A stretch of 64,000 nucleotides of DNA from the human T2T-CHM13v2.0 reference genome, Homo sapiens (GCF_009914755.1 NC_060931.1), one strand, 5' to 3'. Numbered from the stretch's first letter, positions 29,815 through 44,443 are shown. Notes: generated from the letters alone by a model not told the origin. Translations and numbers: made by a program.

Positions 29815-32135
29815 GAAACTTTTAATTTTAGAATAATTTTAGATTTACAGAAAAATTGCAAAGAAAATACAGAGTTCTTTCCCCTGCTCTTTTCCTGTTG
29901 TTTTTCTTCCTTGTCTGGTTTTAACTAGGGATTTTATATAATCTCATTTTACTTTATCATTTTGATTATACTTCTTTTTAAAAATTTTCGTGGTGTCCCT
30001 AGAATGTAGTCCATCTAAATTGAAATCTATTTCAAATAACATTCCACTCACATCACATGTGCTCCAAGGACCTTATAACAGAGTATTCCCAATAAGCTGC
30101 TCTCATCCCATAGGACATTGCTGTCATTCATTTCACTTATTCATATGCTATGATAACCCAAAACATTGATATCATTATTGCTTTAAAAAGTTCTTTTGAA
30201 TCAATTAAAAAATAAGAAAAAAAGATTTTATTTTATACTCATTTATTTCTTCTCTGATGTTCTTTCTTCTTTAAATAGATCTGAGTCTCCAACCTGTATC
30301 ATTGTTCTCCTGGCTTTTAACATCTCTTGAAGAAAAAGTCTTCTAGAGGTGGATTCCCTCAGTTTTTCTTTGTCTGAAGAAGCCTTTATTTCTCCTTCAT
30401 TTATGAAGGATAATTTCACTAAATAAAAATTCTAGATGGGTAATTTCTTTTTCTTTCAATACTTCAAGTATTTCATTCTACTCTTCTCACTCACATGGCT
30501 TCTGAGGAGAAGTCTGATGTAATTCTTATCCATGTTCCTCTAAGAGGAAGATTGAATATGATAAGCCTAAATGGTGGTGGATTTTTTGGCATTTATCCTA
30601 CTTGGCACTCTCTGAGCTTCCCAGATCTATAGTTTCATATATGTCATTAGTTTTAAAACGTTCTCAGCTATTATTACTTCAAATATTTCTTCTACTCCAT
30701 TCTCTTTCCTCTCCTTCAGAATTCCAATATTGCTTATGTTACATCTTTTGAAATAGTCTCACAGTTCTAGGGTGTTTTGTTCCATTTTTTTCCATTCTTT
30801 TTCTTTTTCCTTTGCATTTCAGTTTGAGAAGATTCTATTGACCCATTTTAAGTTTACTGATTCTTTCCTTGGATAGTTGATTTCACTTTGAACTCCAAAG
30901 ACATTCTTCATTTCTCTTACTGTATTCTTTATTTCTAGCATCTCCTTTTGATTCTTTCTCATTTCCATCTCTCTGCTTACATTGCCCATCTATTATTGCA
31001 TGTTGTCTACTTTTTCCACTAGAGCTCTTCATATATCAATCATAGTTATTTTTTTACTCCCTATCTGAAGATCCCAACATCTGTGTAATATTTGAGTTTG
31101 GGTCTAATGATTGTTTTGTTTCTTTATGTTGGGGAAAAGCTGAGTTTTGGGAAAAAAGCTGAGGCAGGGCTTGCATCTCTGACATAATGTAAAAGAGTCT
31201 TGGAACATGTCGGGGGTCCAGGGTCTGAAACCCCTCATGGTCTTTGGAACAACAAGCTCTGTGCCAAAGGGTGGAAGGCTGCCCTGCCACACCATAATCT
31301 AAGCCCAGGGCATAAAACCCCTCGTGGCTTGGATGGAATCCAGGGCTCAGGGCATAAAACCCCTCATGGCCTCTGGAATGTGTCTAGACTTACTGGCTCC
31401 TTGCTTCTAGCATTCCCAGGCTTATAAAATGATTGTATCTTAAACTAGAAGAACATGTTCCCCATTATCTCAAGTACCAGAATATGTTCCATATGCTTCA
31501 AAGGAAATGCTAAACCATCACAGCTATAGCTTATGCACTTGATGCACCACTTCCTTTCAACCCTCATATCCTCACCACCTGCTTCTTTGTTGGATTACCA
31601 ATAAATAGCATGGGCTCCCAGAGCTCGGAGCCTTCACAACCTCCACACTAGTGTTGGCCCCCTGGTCCCACTTTATGCACTCTTAAACTTGTCTTTTCTC
31701 ATTCTTTTGACTCCACCGGACTTTGTCGCCCCCATGGCCTGGTGTTGGGTCCAGCTGCCCCAACATCTCTAAAGTGTGTGTGTGATTTTTTTCCTTGCTA
31801 TTTGGCATGTCCTATCATTTTCTGTTGAAGGCAGAACACACTGTATCAGGCAGGAGGAACTGAAGTAAACGAGCCTTCATTGTGTGTGAGGATTTATATT
31901 AATCTGGCTAGGAGTTGAGCTATATAATTGTTGCGTAGTTACAGATGCCAGAGGTCTGAAAATTCCTCTGGTGGTCTTTGTTTTTGTCTCACTTCTTGAC
32001 TTTGGGCTTCCTTAAGTATCTCCTCTTCAGACATGGCCTGTGTCTTTCAGCAATTTCAGCCATAATCCACTGTTATAATAATGGAGCCGTGTTGGTGTGA
32101 TAATAAGGTGTGCAGGAGGTGGAGTATTCTATATT
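29815..32135 (-). mobile_element. Ancient L1M (L1MC/MD-like) fragments interrupted by an LTR
   Basis: T-rich antisense L1: ttagaataattttagatttacagaaaaattgcaaag; tttatttctccttcatttatgaaggataatttcact; ttattacttcaaatatttcttct. Confidence 0.75.
31127..31765 (+). mobile_element. ERVK-class solo LTR (MER9B-like)
   Basis: TGTTGGGG...CCCCAACA terminal inverted repeats; 639 bp; aataaa at 31600; 6-bp TSD tcttta/tctcta; three internal aaacccctcRtgg repeats. Confidence 0.8.
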
Positions 32136-32149
32136 CTCCCAATCAAAGA

Positions 32150-32337
32150 ATGGATTGGGTACAAAGACTGAATATGAGACCCATCTGTAGCTTGGAGAGT
32201 AATCCACTTTACTCAAAGTCTACTGACTTAAATGTTAATCTCATCTAAAAATACCTTCATGGCAACATCTAAATAATGTTTGACCAAATGTCTGGGTACT
32301 CTAGCCTAGACAAGTTTACAAATAAAATTAAACATCA
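32150..32337 (-). mobile_element. MLT2-like ERVL LTR fragment
   Basis: aaatgttaatctcatctaaaaataccttca...aagtttacaaataaaattaaacatca. Confidence 0.7.
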
Positions 32338-34107
32338 TAGCATGTGTTCATGTTATATTTGACTGAGTCATGATTTATCTCTATAAAATTAATACTTAAA
32401 AGCCAGCAGGCCTTTGGGGCCAAGTTAGGCTGGGTCCTTTTTATTTCCAAAGGCTGGCTATGCCCTTCCAAAGTCAGCCAGGCCTTCCCTATAGGAGCAG
32501 CCCCCATCATTCACTGCTGCTAAGCAAAGAACCCCAAGTATTATTTTACAGAGTAGCATCGTGAACTTCATGTATGTACAGTCACCAACAGCAAATATTT
32601 TCATAGTTCCTGTACCAAAGAAGCTTTTACAAAGTTAATTCAGCAGTCACTCAAAATATTGATTGAACATCTATTGGACTCAAGTCATTGTAGGAGACAC
32701 AAGGTCATAAATACCTCAAGGAGCTTAAAACTAGTTGCAGAAACAAGATACAGTGCATCAGTTCAACATAGATTTTTAAGGAGAGGAGTTCAAGTTCTGA
32801 TACTAGGCAGATTTACCTAGAAAAGTCCACTCTAGCTATATTACTAAAGAAAATGCAGTAAGATGTGCAGGTGATGGTGGTAAAATCTGACAGATGGCAA
32901 GAGATTTACCTCTATTTTTAGGATTACAACAAATTTCGAAAGACTAAACCCAATTCTAACCAGGTCAGCCATGAGGTCCTGTTAGATGGTGCTGGTTATT
33001 CCCCTTGTACAGCACCTACAACACTGCTAGTCCTCGATCACAGCTTCTCTCTGGAACTTTTAAGCAACTCTGCTCACCAAGCAACAACTTGACATCTTTT
33101 CAAACACTCACATTATAAAAATGCATTCCAATTTCTCTAGAGATGGCCATTACAGTGACTCATGTGAGAGTTCTTGCCTTAGCAATAGAGTTATGTGTAC
33201 TTTGGACTTGACTAACAGAAACTCTCTTATGTGGTAAACATAGATATCTTAGCTGGTTGGCAACCAGGAAAAGGAGCTGTAAATGATAAATTGCACAGGT
33301 ATATAGTTCAGCTTCCCTTTAACACAACAGTTTACACATTGGCTGAAGAAAGTATTATCTGAAGCTTAAAAAACAGTTATTTTATAGTTGAAATTCATTT
33401 TATTGATCTCATTTGGAAATGATTCACATTTTTATACTCACTTAGCTTCATGAAGGTTACGAATCAGTAGAGTACCAAGAGAAGGTATTCAAAATGACCA
33501 CTTTTTGATATCTTCTCCGGGCCCTTTTCTTCCTCCCAACTTTCTTAATTGTCCCTGTCATTGATGTTTCCATCTTACTTATCTTTTTGCGGAGATGGGA
33601 GTTGTTTTCTAGGGGGAAAGATTTTTGGTGTTGGTTTTGGGTGTTTTTTGTTCCATCATCCTAATACCTAGTACTCTTTCCCCATTATCAAGATGACAGA
33701 TGTTTTGTTAAAGTGATAGATTATAGTTTAACAGTAATCACAAATCTGGCAACCAAGATCCACAACAAGCCCCAAACTGGGGCACAGCAAAAAGAAAGCT
33801 TTCTAAAGGCAGTGAACTAAAAGTTGTGCAGTTTGCTGGAAAGTCCCTAATCTTACAGTAATCCTAACTTTATATAACAGACTGATTTACCACTCCTGAG
33901 CATATTAGAAATGGCAAACTTTAGGGGTGGGGGTGAGGCTGACACACTGTCTCCAGTGAGAGATTATATTGGCCAGGGGAAAATCTACAATGAGCAAACA
34001 AATTTTCTCCACAAATGATGCCTGGGGTCTTTTAGACTGATGAAAATATGCAACACTTTTTTAGTCCAATATGTTATCTAGTTGGGGCTAAAAAAACATG
34101 ACTACCA

Positions 34108-34418
<311 letters not shown>

Positions 34419-35804
34419 ATGACTGCCACTTTTCCTCTGTTCTTAGATATATGTTTTCACTTTTTATTTCTAAAATTGAAGTCAATCAGAATTGATGTGT
34501 TCCTTTCATGTAATAGTGTGTCTTAAGGAAGTCAGTAATGGTAGATTTTATAATCAAATAGAAGAAATGAAGTAATTAATATGCAGAAATAGATTGAATT
34601 AGATTCACTGTCCTCTGGATTGAGAGCTTTTGAATGTTTTACATAAAATTTCACCCAAAATAAAGCATTTTTATCTATGAGTTTGACTTAATAGGGTAAT
34701 CTGGAAAATTAGTTATGTAGAGTGCTACATTCCCTGAAGATGCCTGATAAATGAACTAGATACTTAGGCAGATGGAGCTCCCGAAAAAAGAAGCCAACTG
34801 TTATCATAAACAGTTGCTAGTTTACTTTCTTCGTAGATTTTCTTTTTTTCTGATTAGCTGGTTTTCTTATTTTCCTGCTTCTTCAAAGACCTGCTACAGT
34901 GAAGTTTAGAGACTTTAGATACTTGCAAGTATAATTTTTCAGCTTTCACAGAAGAAGTACATATCCTTCTATTCTTACTTAATAAAGAAAAGTTATAGGC
35001 TTGAGCAGACAGTGTTTTTGGCCATTTCTCTTGCTTTATTTTGGTAACAGTTAATTAGCATAGTCCTCAAGCTATCCCTCCACAAGTTAAAAAATTAAAA
35101 CTCCCATTTGAATATTTATCAAAACTCTTTACGTGGCAGGCACTGTGCTCAGTGGGCACTGTGTGTAAAGATAAAGAAGATGCAAGCTCTACTCCCAATG
35201 GGCTTATGAGGGTGTTGACATGAAAAGCAGAAGTCTTAGGAAGGACTCACCAACAAGCAATATAATCCTGTGAAACACACTCTTACAGCCCACCCCAATA
35301 TCAACCAAATGAGCACACCTCCAAAGACCATCTCGATTTCAATAAACTGAAGCATACATACTCTCATGGCACCCCAATTTCCAAGACATCCTCAAAAGTA
35401 TGCAGAGTAGGACAGAACTAAAATAGTTACTGCCACAACGCTAACCACTTATCAGATACAGGATCTCTGACAGAGGTTTTCAGTATGTGTGAGTGTGAGT
35501 TTAAGTGTATGTTCTTTCTTGACTCCACTTCCTTTCTCTTAGTCATTATATGTCTGAAGGAGAGTTACAGCAATAAACTTGAATCCACTCATTAATTTAA
35601 GTAAACCGTTCACAATCTTTATTTTTTTAGTAGTAAAAAATGACTTGTGACATCTCACAAGACCAATCCACAGTGAACATTACCCAGAGAATTTAGCATA
35701 AATTCTACATATAAAATCAAACTAAGATTTTAGCTTGAAATTCTATTAGAGAAGGTTAAATTTTCAATGTCTTCATTCACTAGGTACAGCATATCCTGAG
35801 TGTA

Positions 35805-36200
35805 CGATATGTTTGTCTGCTGGGGCTGCCATGATAAAATACCATAGACTGGGTGGCTTAAACAACAGAACTCAATTTTCTCATAGTTCTGGAGGCGGAA
35901 AGTCCAACATCAAGGCATTTCTGGGTTGAGTTTCTCCTGATGCCTCTCTTCTTGGCTTGTAGATGGCCACCTTCTCACGGTGTCCTCAAATGGCCTTTTC
36001 TCTTGTGTGTACATATCCATTCCCAGTGTCTCTTCCTCTTCTTAAAAAGACACCAGTCCCATTCGATGAGGATCCTACTCTCATGACCTCATTTAACCTT
36101 AATTACTTATTTAAAGGCCTTATCTTCAAACATAGTCACATTGGGTGTTAGGGCTTCAACATGTAAATTTTGTCCATATTTTTCATTTCAGTCTCTAATA
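35805..36200 (-). mobile_element. MLT1A/B-like MaLR LTR
   Basis: gctgccatgataaaataccatagactgggtggcttaaacaacagaa...tcatgacctcatttaaccttaattac. Confidence 0.85.
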
Positions 36201-36899
36201 CACGGTAACCTCCAGGAGTTTATCTATTATTCCTTTAAAATGAGAATCATCTGACCCAGAAATTATCTACAAATAGACTCAAAGAAGAGTAGGTTCCAAA
36301 CCTATCACGGCATGCCTGGTAGTTCAGCCACTGGCTCCTGGCTTCGGCCCTCAGTGAAGCTGTCTTCCCCTCATCAAGGGGATTTCAAACTATCTACAGT
36401 TTGCTGTCAGCAGTTCTTGGTAGCTAAGTAGGTCTGAGCAATCAGGCAAAAGAGAGATGGTGAAGCTAGTTCTTGATTTGCAACAGTACAATTGCCAGGT
36501 TAACTTCCTGGCTGTGGGCATCCCTTAGTGGTCTGGGATTTCTCCCTCAGAGACAACCACACATTGTCAGGGGCTTCCTTTATCCGGCATTCTCTAATGC
36601 ATCTTCTCCATGGCGAAGACTTTTTGTTTTACTTAACATAACACTGATCCCAAAGACAGCTACATCTCCCCTCAGTCTTGAAAGTCACCCCTGGGTAAAC
36701 CCGGTGTGTGGGAGAACTGGGTTTCCCCACTTCCTGAACACAGAACCTCAGCCTCTGTCCCTCTGCCTGCTGGAAAGGTTGGTGTGGATTTCAACTCTTA
36801 CACCCCCTTCCCTCTTCCACAAGGAGATACCAGCTTACAGTTCCACTTGCCCCACCACTGTTATGAATTCCATAACAAATTTAGAATATTAAAATAAAA

Positions 36900-37120
36900 G
36901 CTACAAATTTGTGAGTGCTTACTATGTACCAGGAACTGTACTAAGTACTTTCCTTACATTACTTCATAAATCCTCTCAATATATGCCTGTAATTACAGAG
37001 GGGAAAATTGAGACTCAGTAATGTTAACATTACTCCCCCAGTATCATACATGTAGTAAGTGGCAGGGTTAATATTCTAATTTCCAATGCTCAAGTTTTAT
37101 CTAATAGTCTATTCCCACTT
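36900..37120 (-). mobile_element. MIR SINE
   Basis: gagtgcttactatgtaccagg...ttacagaggggaaaattgagactcag. Confidence 0.75.
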
Positions 37121-37183
37121 GCCTAAGTATAAATTCCCTACCCTTCTTAAGGTAGAAGAATGTACCTATATTAGAGAACTACC

Positions 37184-37478
37184 TTTTTTTTTTCCTTTTG
37201 ACAGAGTCTTGCTCTGTTATTTGGGCTGGCATGTAGTGGCGTAATCTCGACTCACTGCAACCTCTGTCTCCTGGGTTCAAGCAATTCTCCTTCCTCAGCC
37301 TCCCAAGAAGCTAGGATTACAGGCATAAGCTACCATGCCCAGCTAATTTTTGTATTTTTAGTAGAGACGGGATTTCACCATGTTGCCCAGGCTGGTCTCG
37401 AACTCCTGGCCTCAAGCAATTCACCAGCCTCGGCCTCCCAAAGTACTGGTATTACAGGCGTGAGCCACTGCACCCAGT
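37184..37478 (-). mobile_element. Alu (old S/J type)
   Basis: Antisense dimer; degenerate TSD gagaactacc / gagagttacc. Confidence 0.93.
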
Positions 37479-39001
37479 GAGAGTTACCCATTTTTAGCAA
37501 AACGTTACTCTATGAGGAGGAAGAGAGGTTTTGGATGCTGCTTAGTCCTGAATTGTGCACACTAGGTATTCCCAGTGGGCTACAGCCATGCCTCTCTCTG
37601 CTTCAAGTTCCACATCTGGAAAATGGACTAATGATACCTGCTTGTCACATTGCAAGGGCCACAAAAATAGAAATGAGATGCCGCATGTGAATGGAGCTTG
37701 AGGAAAATCAATACAAATATAAATAAACTTATTTATATGAGTCATACTTCAAAAAAGAATACCATCATACTGTCCTTCATGGTATCACCCTTAACAAGAC
37801 AATGCCAACCATCTAAGTTCCCTCGCCCCATCAGACTCCTTTAATACACTACATCTAGTATTGTTTAATTTTCTACATGCATCCATCTAGAAACATGGAT
37901 GAGCCTGTAAGTACCTTGATTTGGGAGATTATGTTCATTATTCTTAATATTTCCTGTAGTGCCCTGCATGCTTTTCCACAGTAGGTGTTCAAAAAATATC
38001 ATGTTGTTGGGTTGATAATAATTATATATGGCCAGAGAGCTGGCATTAACTGGTAGCCATTTAAAATAAGAGATTAAAGTTATTTCATAATTAACTGAAT
38101 GTTTACTAATTGTATCTTTAACCAAACTACTTGAACGTGTTTGGGCCTACAAGGACACAGGTTTGCGACGGTGCTGATTCAATTAGTAACCCCAGCAGGT
38201 TCTACCCATAACTTGGCTTAATGGACTCCACCATTTATATCCTACTCATGCTCCACTCTGAAGGCAGAGGGGAAATCTTGGGAGAGAGGAGGGAGGCTTT
38301 GGATTCTTCAATCTCAAAGTAAATACAAAATATTTGCCTCCCTATGTAATTTGTCATGGACAAATCCTCAGCAAAATTACTGAAATTACAGGGAGCCACA
38401 AGTAGAAATTGATAACTGTCAGGGTGCTTGACAGCTCTATACAGGAACACCTTCGCTAGGAAGACTCTGCTTGCTGGATTTCCTCTATAAAATCAGATTT
38501 TGTTTTCACTTCAAATCATTCTCTCCAGAGAAAATATCTATTCATCCCACCAGGCACTTTGACACAGGAGCCCCATTCTGAGAGAAATGCATGTTGACAG
38601 CAGAATTGCAGTAGAAGCTGTCTCATAGGATCCCATCAAAGAGGCTCTTGGCAAGCCTCTGTTTTGAGATCCACATTAACTCAAGGCCTGTTCCATGGTC
38701 TCTTACGTGAAAAAGTAAACCAGAAAAAGAAAGGAAAAAAGACAATAAGTCTTGTCCTGAGTTAGTAAAATATTAAGAAAAAAAAACCAGTATGAGTAGA
38801 GCTGGAGAAATAGAGTATCTTGGTTCCTTGATCCATAATATTTTGATAGGAATAATTTAAACCGTGATGATTGGAAACTTTGCCATTTGAAATTAAGCAC
38901 CACTCTGCTCCTTTCACCACATATATCCTCCAATTCAATCTTCTGCTGTAAGTAAGCAAAACTCATGAATATGAGGTCCATAAGGCTAAAAAGATCCTAT
39001 T

Positions 39002-39395
39002 TGTGTAGCCAAGTGGCTAATGATCTACCAAAGGTTCATGCTCCCTCTTCCATAGTGGGGACTTGTTGCTGGGAATTGGCTGCCCAAATGGGGGCTACAT
39101 TCCCAACCCCTTTGCATTGAGGTGAGGGCATGGGACTAATTATTGAGTGGAAGTGATGTGTGTCACTTCGGGACCAAGAACCTTATCTCTCTCTTCCATC
39201 CCATTCCCCGGCAGAAGGCAGGGGCTTCGGAGGCTGTAGCAGAAGGCAGTGCCACAAAACAGAAAGAGCCTGAGTACCCAAATCACCAGCTGGAAGGCCA
39301 CCCACCAGGAACATGAGAGCAAGAAGTAAACATCAATAATGCTAAGCCACTGGTGTCTGGTGTTTGCTAAGGTAGCTTGCATTACCCTAGCTAAC
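39002..39395 (+). mobile_element. MLT1I/J-like MaLR LTR
   Basis: gagtggaagtgatgtgtgtcacttc...gagcaagaagtaaac...taagccactg. Confidence 0.65.
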
Positions 39396-39621
39396 CCAAT
39401 TTGCTTTCATGGTTTCCTTTCCATTTTACAGCTTTTAATTTTGATGTGCTTTTTAATGGGTCTATTCCTCTATAACTAACAATTAATTATCTGATCTATT
39501 CCTGGATTTTATGTACTGTGAAGACTGCCAAGGATCTGTCCCTCTGGCTTACTGGAATAGTTATCTATCTATTCTTTTCTCCACTTATCTGTAACAGCTT
39601 GGTTTATCACACAAAACCACC

Positions 39622-39765
39622 ATAGGTTGGTGCAAAAGTGATTGCGGTTTTTGCCATTACTCTTCATGCAGAATAGCAGTAGAGGCTGTCTCATATGATG
39701 CCACCAAAAAGGTTTTTGCTATTAAAAGTAATGACAAAAACCGCAATCATTTTTCACCAACCTAA
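39622..39765. mobile_element. Rearranged MADE1 (Hsmar1-derived MITE) with internal insertion
   Basis: TIRs taggttggtgcaaaagtgattgcggtttttgccatta ... aaaaaccgcaatcatttttcaccaacctaa followed by TA; 144 bp rather than about 80 bp. Confidence 0.92.
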
Positions 39766-40901
39766 TACTATTTGATGGAAGTGATTAGAATAGAGTTGTA
39801 GTGTAGTACACAGATGTAAGTTTGAATGTTGATTCTGGGTAACTGGACAAGTTACTTGCTTTCGTCAAGGCTCGGTTTTCTCATTTGTAAAAGGACAATA
39901 ACATTTTACCTCTGCTTTGATGTTTCACTCTCTAGTCTCAAAATGTGAATAAATAACTTTTCGCTCAGTCCCAAACAATTTTATATATGTCTCTCTCTTT
40001 GTACTTTGAATCACCGCCCCAACAGACCTGGCAATAATTCCAGTACTACAGATATTATTTTGCATAGAAGATAAGCAGTTCATCCAGAAGCAGCCACAGT
40101 GTGATCGGATGTAGGGCTGTTTATCTTGACAATCCTCCCTGCCCCCGCTTGGATTACATTATGCACAATTCAATGTGGCTTCTGGTTTGTCACGTATGAT
40201 TAATCACACTGATATCTACTATGCCCATTTCATTAAATCCTTCCCACTGAAGCAGGATGCCCATATATACCCAAAGTGTGTTTTCCTCTGCCTTATTCTG
40301 GCAGATAGGGAAATAAGGTTAAGGTTTTACCTTCATTGGTAAAGTTACCCTCAAATCAAAACAAAATGCTGAAACCATCAGTTAAATATGAGCTAATCTT
40401 ATAAAGAACTTAAAAAGTTTAGTCTTCAGGAGGCAATTTCCAGAGAGTAGGTTCAATAATAGGAATTTCCTTGTGCCCAAAATGGGGTGGGGCAGTATAA
40501 AGTATACTGATTAATTGTCTTAAAATTTAAAAATTCCAACTCCTAGTAACTAGTTGCAGCACTCCAGGTTGAACATTTAACTCATGGAAGTACCTAGAGA
40601 ATATTGCCAGGTCCAGATAGCATCCTACCCAACTATCTCATTTGAAACGTAAAAAAATTGAGGGTCCGGGAAATTAAATGATTTGCTCAGGTCACTGAAG
40701 GAATATACTGATTTACCATGTGGCTCCCACAAGAGTCCCGCCTGCCAGTGCTACGTCACTCTGGTATCCAAAGTTCACTGTCTAAGCTGCTCTTCTCTTC
40801 TGTCTGCACTGTCTTCCTTCAGAGGCAACACAGCTTATGCTTAAGAGTGTTAGGGACATGAAGCTCTGATTTGAGCTGAATGACCTGGAGGTTTTCGGTG
40901 A

Positions 40902-41321
<420 letters not shown>

Positions 41322-42447
41322 CCTTTTTCTCCCTTTATGGCATCCAGGCAGACAGTCTGTAACAGTGGGGCAAGCTCCTTCTGACTCATCTATTTCTTTG
41401 ATCATTATTGTTCGTTTTGTTTTTTTTTTTAATGCTACAACTCAGATATATCTGGAAGCATTCCTAAGCAAACAGGCAGACGAGCCCTGTTCACAGTAAG
41501 AAAAAAGCCTTCTTTAGATAGGTTACACAGAAGCAAATTTCAGGACAGCCTGAAATTATCCATGTCTCCTGCAGCCACCAAGGGCAACAACAAAAACAAA
41601 AAAAAAACCAGAATGAGTCAATCAGCAAAAACTCAAATTAAAATCTAGCTCACTTGTTTTCCAAAAATAAAATACTCAACACAAACTAAAATTCCTAACT
41701 TTTACCACAACTGTAAGTCTTTCAAAGTATTCATAGACATAGAATTGAACACAAATTGGTTAAAATCATGGGCAGAGAAACAGGAGGACCAATTTATATT
41801 TGTACAGGTCTCAGCTACCTGTTTATAAATTGGGATGCTTCCGTATGCAGAAGAGATTTTTCATCTTGAGTATATAAATATTCTTCCTAATAAGGCTGCC
41901 TCATTTCTCTACAAAAAGACTATAATCTAAACATATGCAAACACCAGGGGTGAAATTGACTGACAATGAGCAATAAAAATAGGAAAATTCATTAATTACT
42001 CTTTTTAAAGAGGTAAAAATAATTGCTCTGTATTAAAACCACTGTGGTATTCAAACAGAAATTTAAAAATACATATGATTTCCTCCAGTCTTACATTTCA
42101 TACTAGATAGCCAAGTCAATTAAACTGATATAAATGTAAAGAAGGTTTATGCAACCCCACGTTGACATTTCAAGCATAAGAATAATGCATCAGTTTTCCA
42201 CTGGTTCCTCCTACTGTGGGCATTAGCCAGCTTGTAGCTATCAGGCACAAATATAAACCCTTTCGCTGTAACCCTGGCATCACCCAATTCCCTCATTCAA
42301 CAGTTTCCATGTAGTCCTTGAAAACAGCTGCAGATGAGACCCCAGTAGAGTCTGGATTATCTATCACCTGTAGAGGATGGAACAAACCTCCTCACCCTCA
42401 CTGATGCCTTGGGTTCTTACAGTCAAAATACACAGCAAGGGACAATA

Positions 42448-42465
42448 GGAAGTGACTCAGCATTT
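42448..42465 (+). promoter_or_regulatory. Candidate NRF2/sMAF ARE (AP-1 core) overlapping an ETS core
   Basis: ggaagtgactcagcattt contains GTGACTCAGCA at 42452-42462; motif only. Confidence 0.35.
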
Positions 42466-44108
42466 GAAAACTGTGTCATCACTGGCAAACTTAGTTTGCT
42501 TCTCTGTAGGATATAACAAGATAATTCTTTCTTTTTTTTATATATCAACAGTGTCATTTTTTAAAAATGGGAAACACTGGGCCATATTAGCACAGTTTTT
42601 GTGCAGCATTGCATACACTGGTGTTCTCTTCCTGAGTAGCTTAGCAGAAATGCATTTTCTCAGCAATTTCTTTCCAGATGTGGCGTTGGTATTGCTGGGT
42701 GGAATGGGGTCGGGAGGGTGTTAAAAGACAAGCAGGTAGAAAATATCATCTGTTGTGAAGCCACTAAGTAGCAACCAGGATCTGATTTGCTTTATATTTT
42801 TTAACAAGTTACCATCCAAAGGCTAAATGACCCTGAAAATCAACTGGGTTTTATTCAAAACACAGTTTCCAGCCACAAATCTCCAGTATGACACATATGG
42901 AATGTTGAATGTACCAGTGAGCAGTTGGTTTTCCACTCGCTAGGAGTTCTAAACCTTAAATATACTGAAGTGATTAAATGAAATGCTTCTTCTGGCTTAA
43001 AAATTATTTTACAGCTAACATTACATAAAAAATGTTTTTTCATCCAAACATCTGCAGAGTAAATTACCTTTCATTCATGCTAGTGCCAAGTTAAGTGACA
43101 CAGACAGAAAGGTTTGACCTCAGTTTCCGCTTCCAAGCATGTGCCGTTTTCCAGGGCTCGTCAATTGACCCTAATGAGCCTCCAACCAACACCCATAATG
43201 GTCTTCTTTAAAGATTACAATCATATTTAGACATGTTTCTGCCTTTATAAACACTTGCTTCAAGCACAGAGGTGCATCTGACATTATGTGGTCAAAATAT
43301 TCCTAAGCAACTCTCTGTAAACTGATTATTTTTGTAAATTGAGCAATTCAAATTGCAGTTGAGAGTACTCTATTTACAGACACTCTATGACTAATTCTTT
43401 TGCAAAGTTGCCTTTTGCAATCTGAATATCCAGCCTTGATTTATCTGTCTTGTAATTTCCAATCTTCACATATCAAGCATATCTAAAAACTGCCTACCAC
43501 AGTGCCTGTCGAACAGTAGTCATTCAATAAATGTTCTGGTTTAATGATCTTGCTGCAGTTTCAGGAAATCTGCAAAATAATTTATTATATATCATAGTGC
43601 ACCCAGACACAATTCAAAAAACTAGGTGCTATATACACATTTATTACTTTGGAATGATTTAGGCATATTAGATGACTTTCCAAGGAATTTTGGAATTCTA
43701 GAGAAGTCTCTGGATTGGTTAATCAGCAAAGAAATCTTCCCCTGGATCCCCCTCATATCCTGGAGCTCTGAAAGGATACTCTGAAGTGTATACTATACAG
43801 ATAATTGTAAGGAATACATTTCCAGACCTTGACTTCTATACGTAGATTTTCTCAGAACTTTCTACAGCTTTCTACTTTCTAGAGCTGAGGCTTCCTGACA
43901 CTTCTTCCTATCACCCCTTTCCCCAGTACAAAAATCTCAGGAGTGATGAATGAAAACCAACAGAAAATAAGAGTCCCCAAAGCCTAATCAAAGAGCCATA
44001 ATCATCATCTCCCTCCATTTTATTATGAGATGTATTGCTAGTTTTATGATTTATATGTAATAATTGTTTACAAAAAAATATAATTCATTCACATAATTTT
44101 GGTCAATT

Positions 44109-44443
44109 TGTTTTTTGTTTTTTGTTTTGTTGTTTGTTTGTTTGTTTGTTTGTTTTTTGAGACACAGTCTCACTCTGTTGCCCAGGCTGGAATGCAGTGG
44201 CTCAATCTCGGCTCACTGCAGCCTCTGCCTCTCAGGTTCAAGTGATTCTCCTGCCTCAGCCCCCACCAAGTAGCTAGGATTATAAGTGTGCACAACTACG
44301 CCCAGCTAATTTTTGTAGTTTTTAGTAGAGAAAAGGCTTCACTATGATGGCCAGGCTGGTCTTAAACTCCTGGCCTCAAGTGATCCACCCTCTTCGGGCT
44401 CCCAAAGTGCTGGAATTACAGGCGTGAGCCACTGCATCAGTCC
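44109..44443 (-). mobile_element. AluS (Sz/Sx-like) with (TTTG)n tail
   Basis: Perfect 15-bp TSD taattttggtcaatt at 44094-44108 and 44444-44458. Confidence 0.95.

Noticed and set aside
31215-31375. Triple aaacccctcRtgg repeat
   Set aside because: Lies inside the LTR and is probably a consensus feature of that family.
42290-42390. Minus-strand acceptor tcctctacag|GTGATAG (VIDNPDSTG...*)
   Set aside because: No convincing donor or polyA signal pairs with it, and upstream AGs crowd the branch region.
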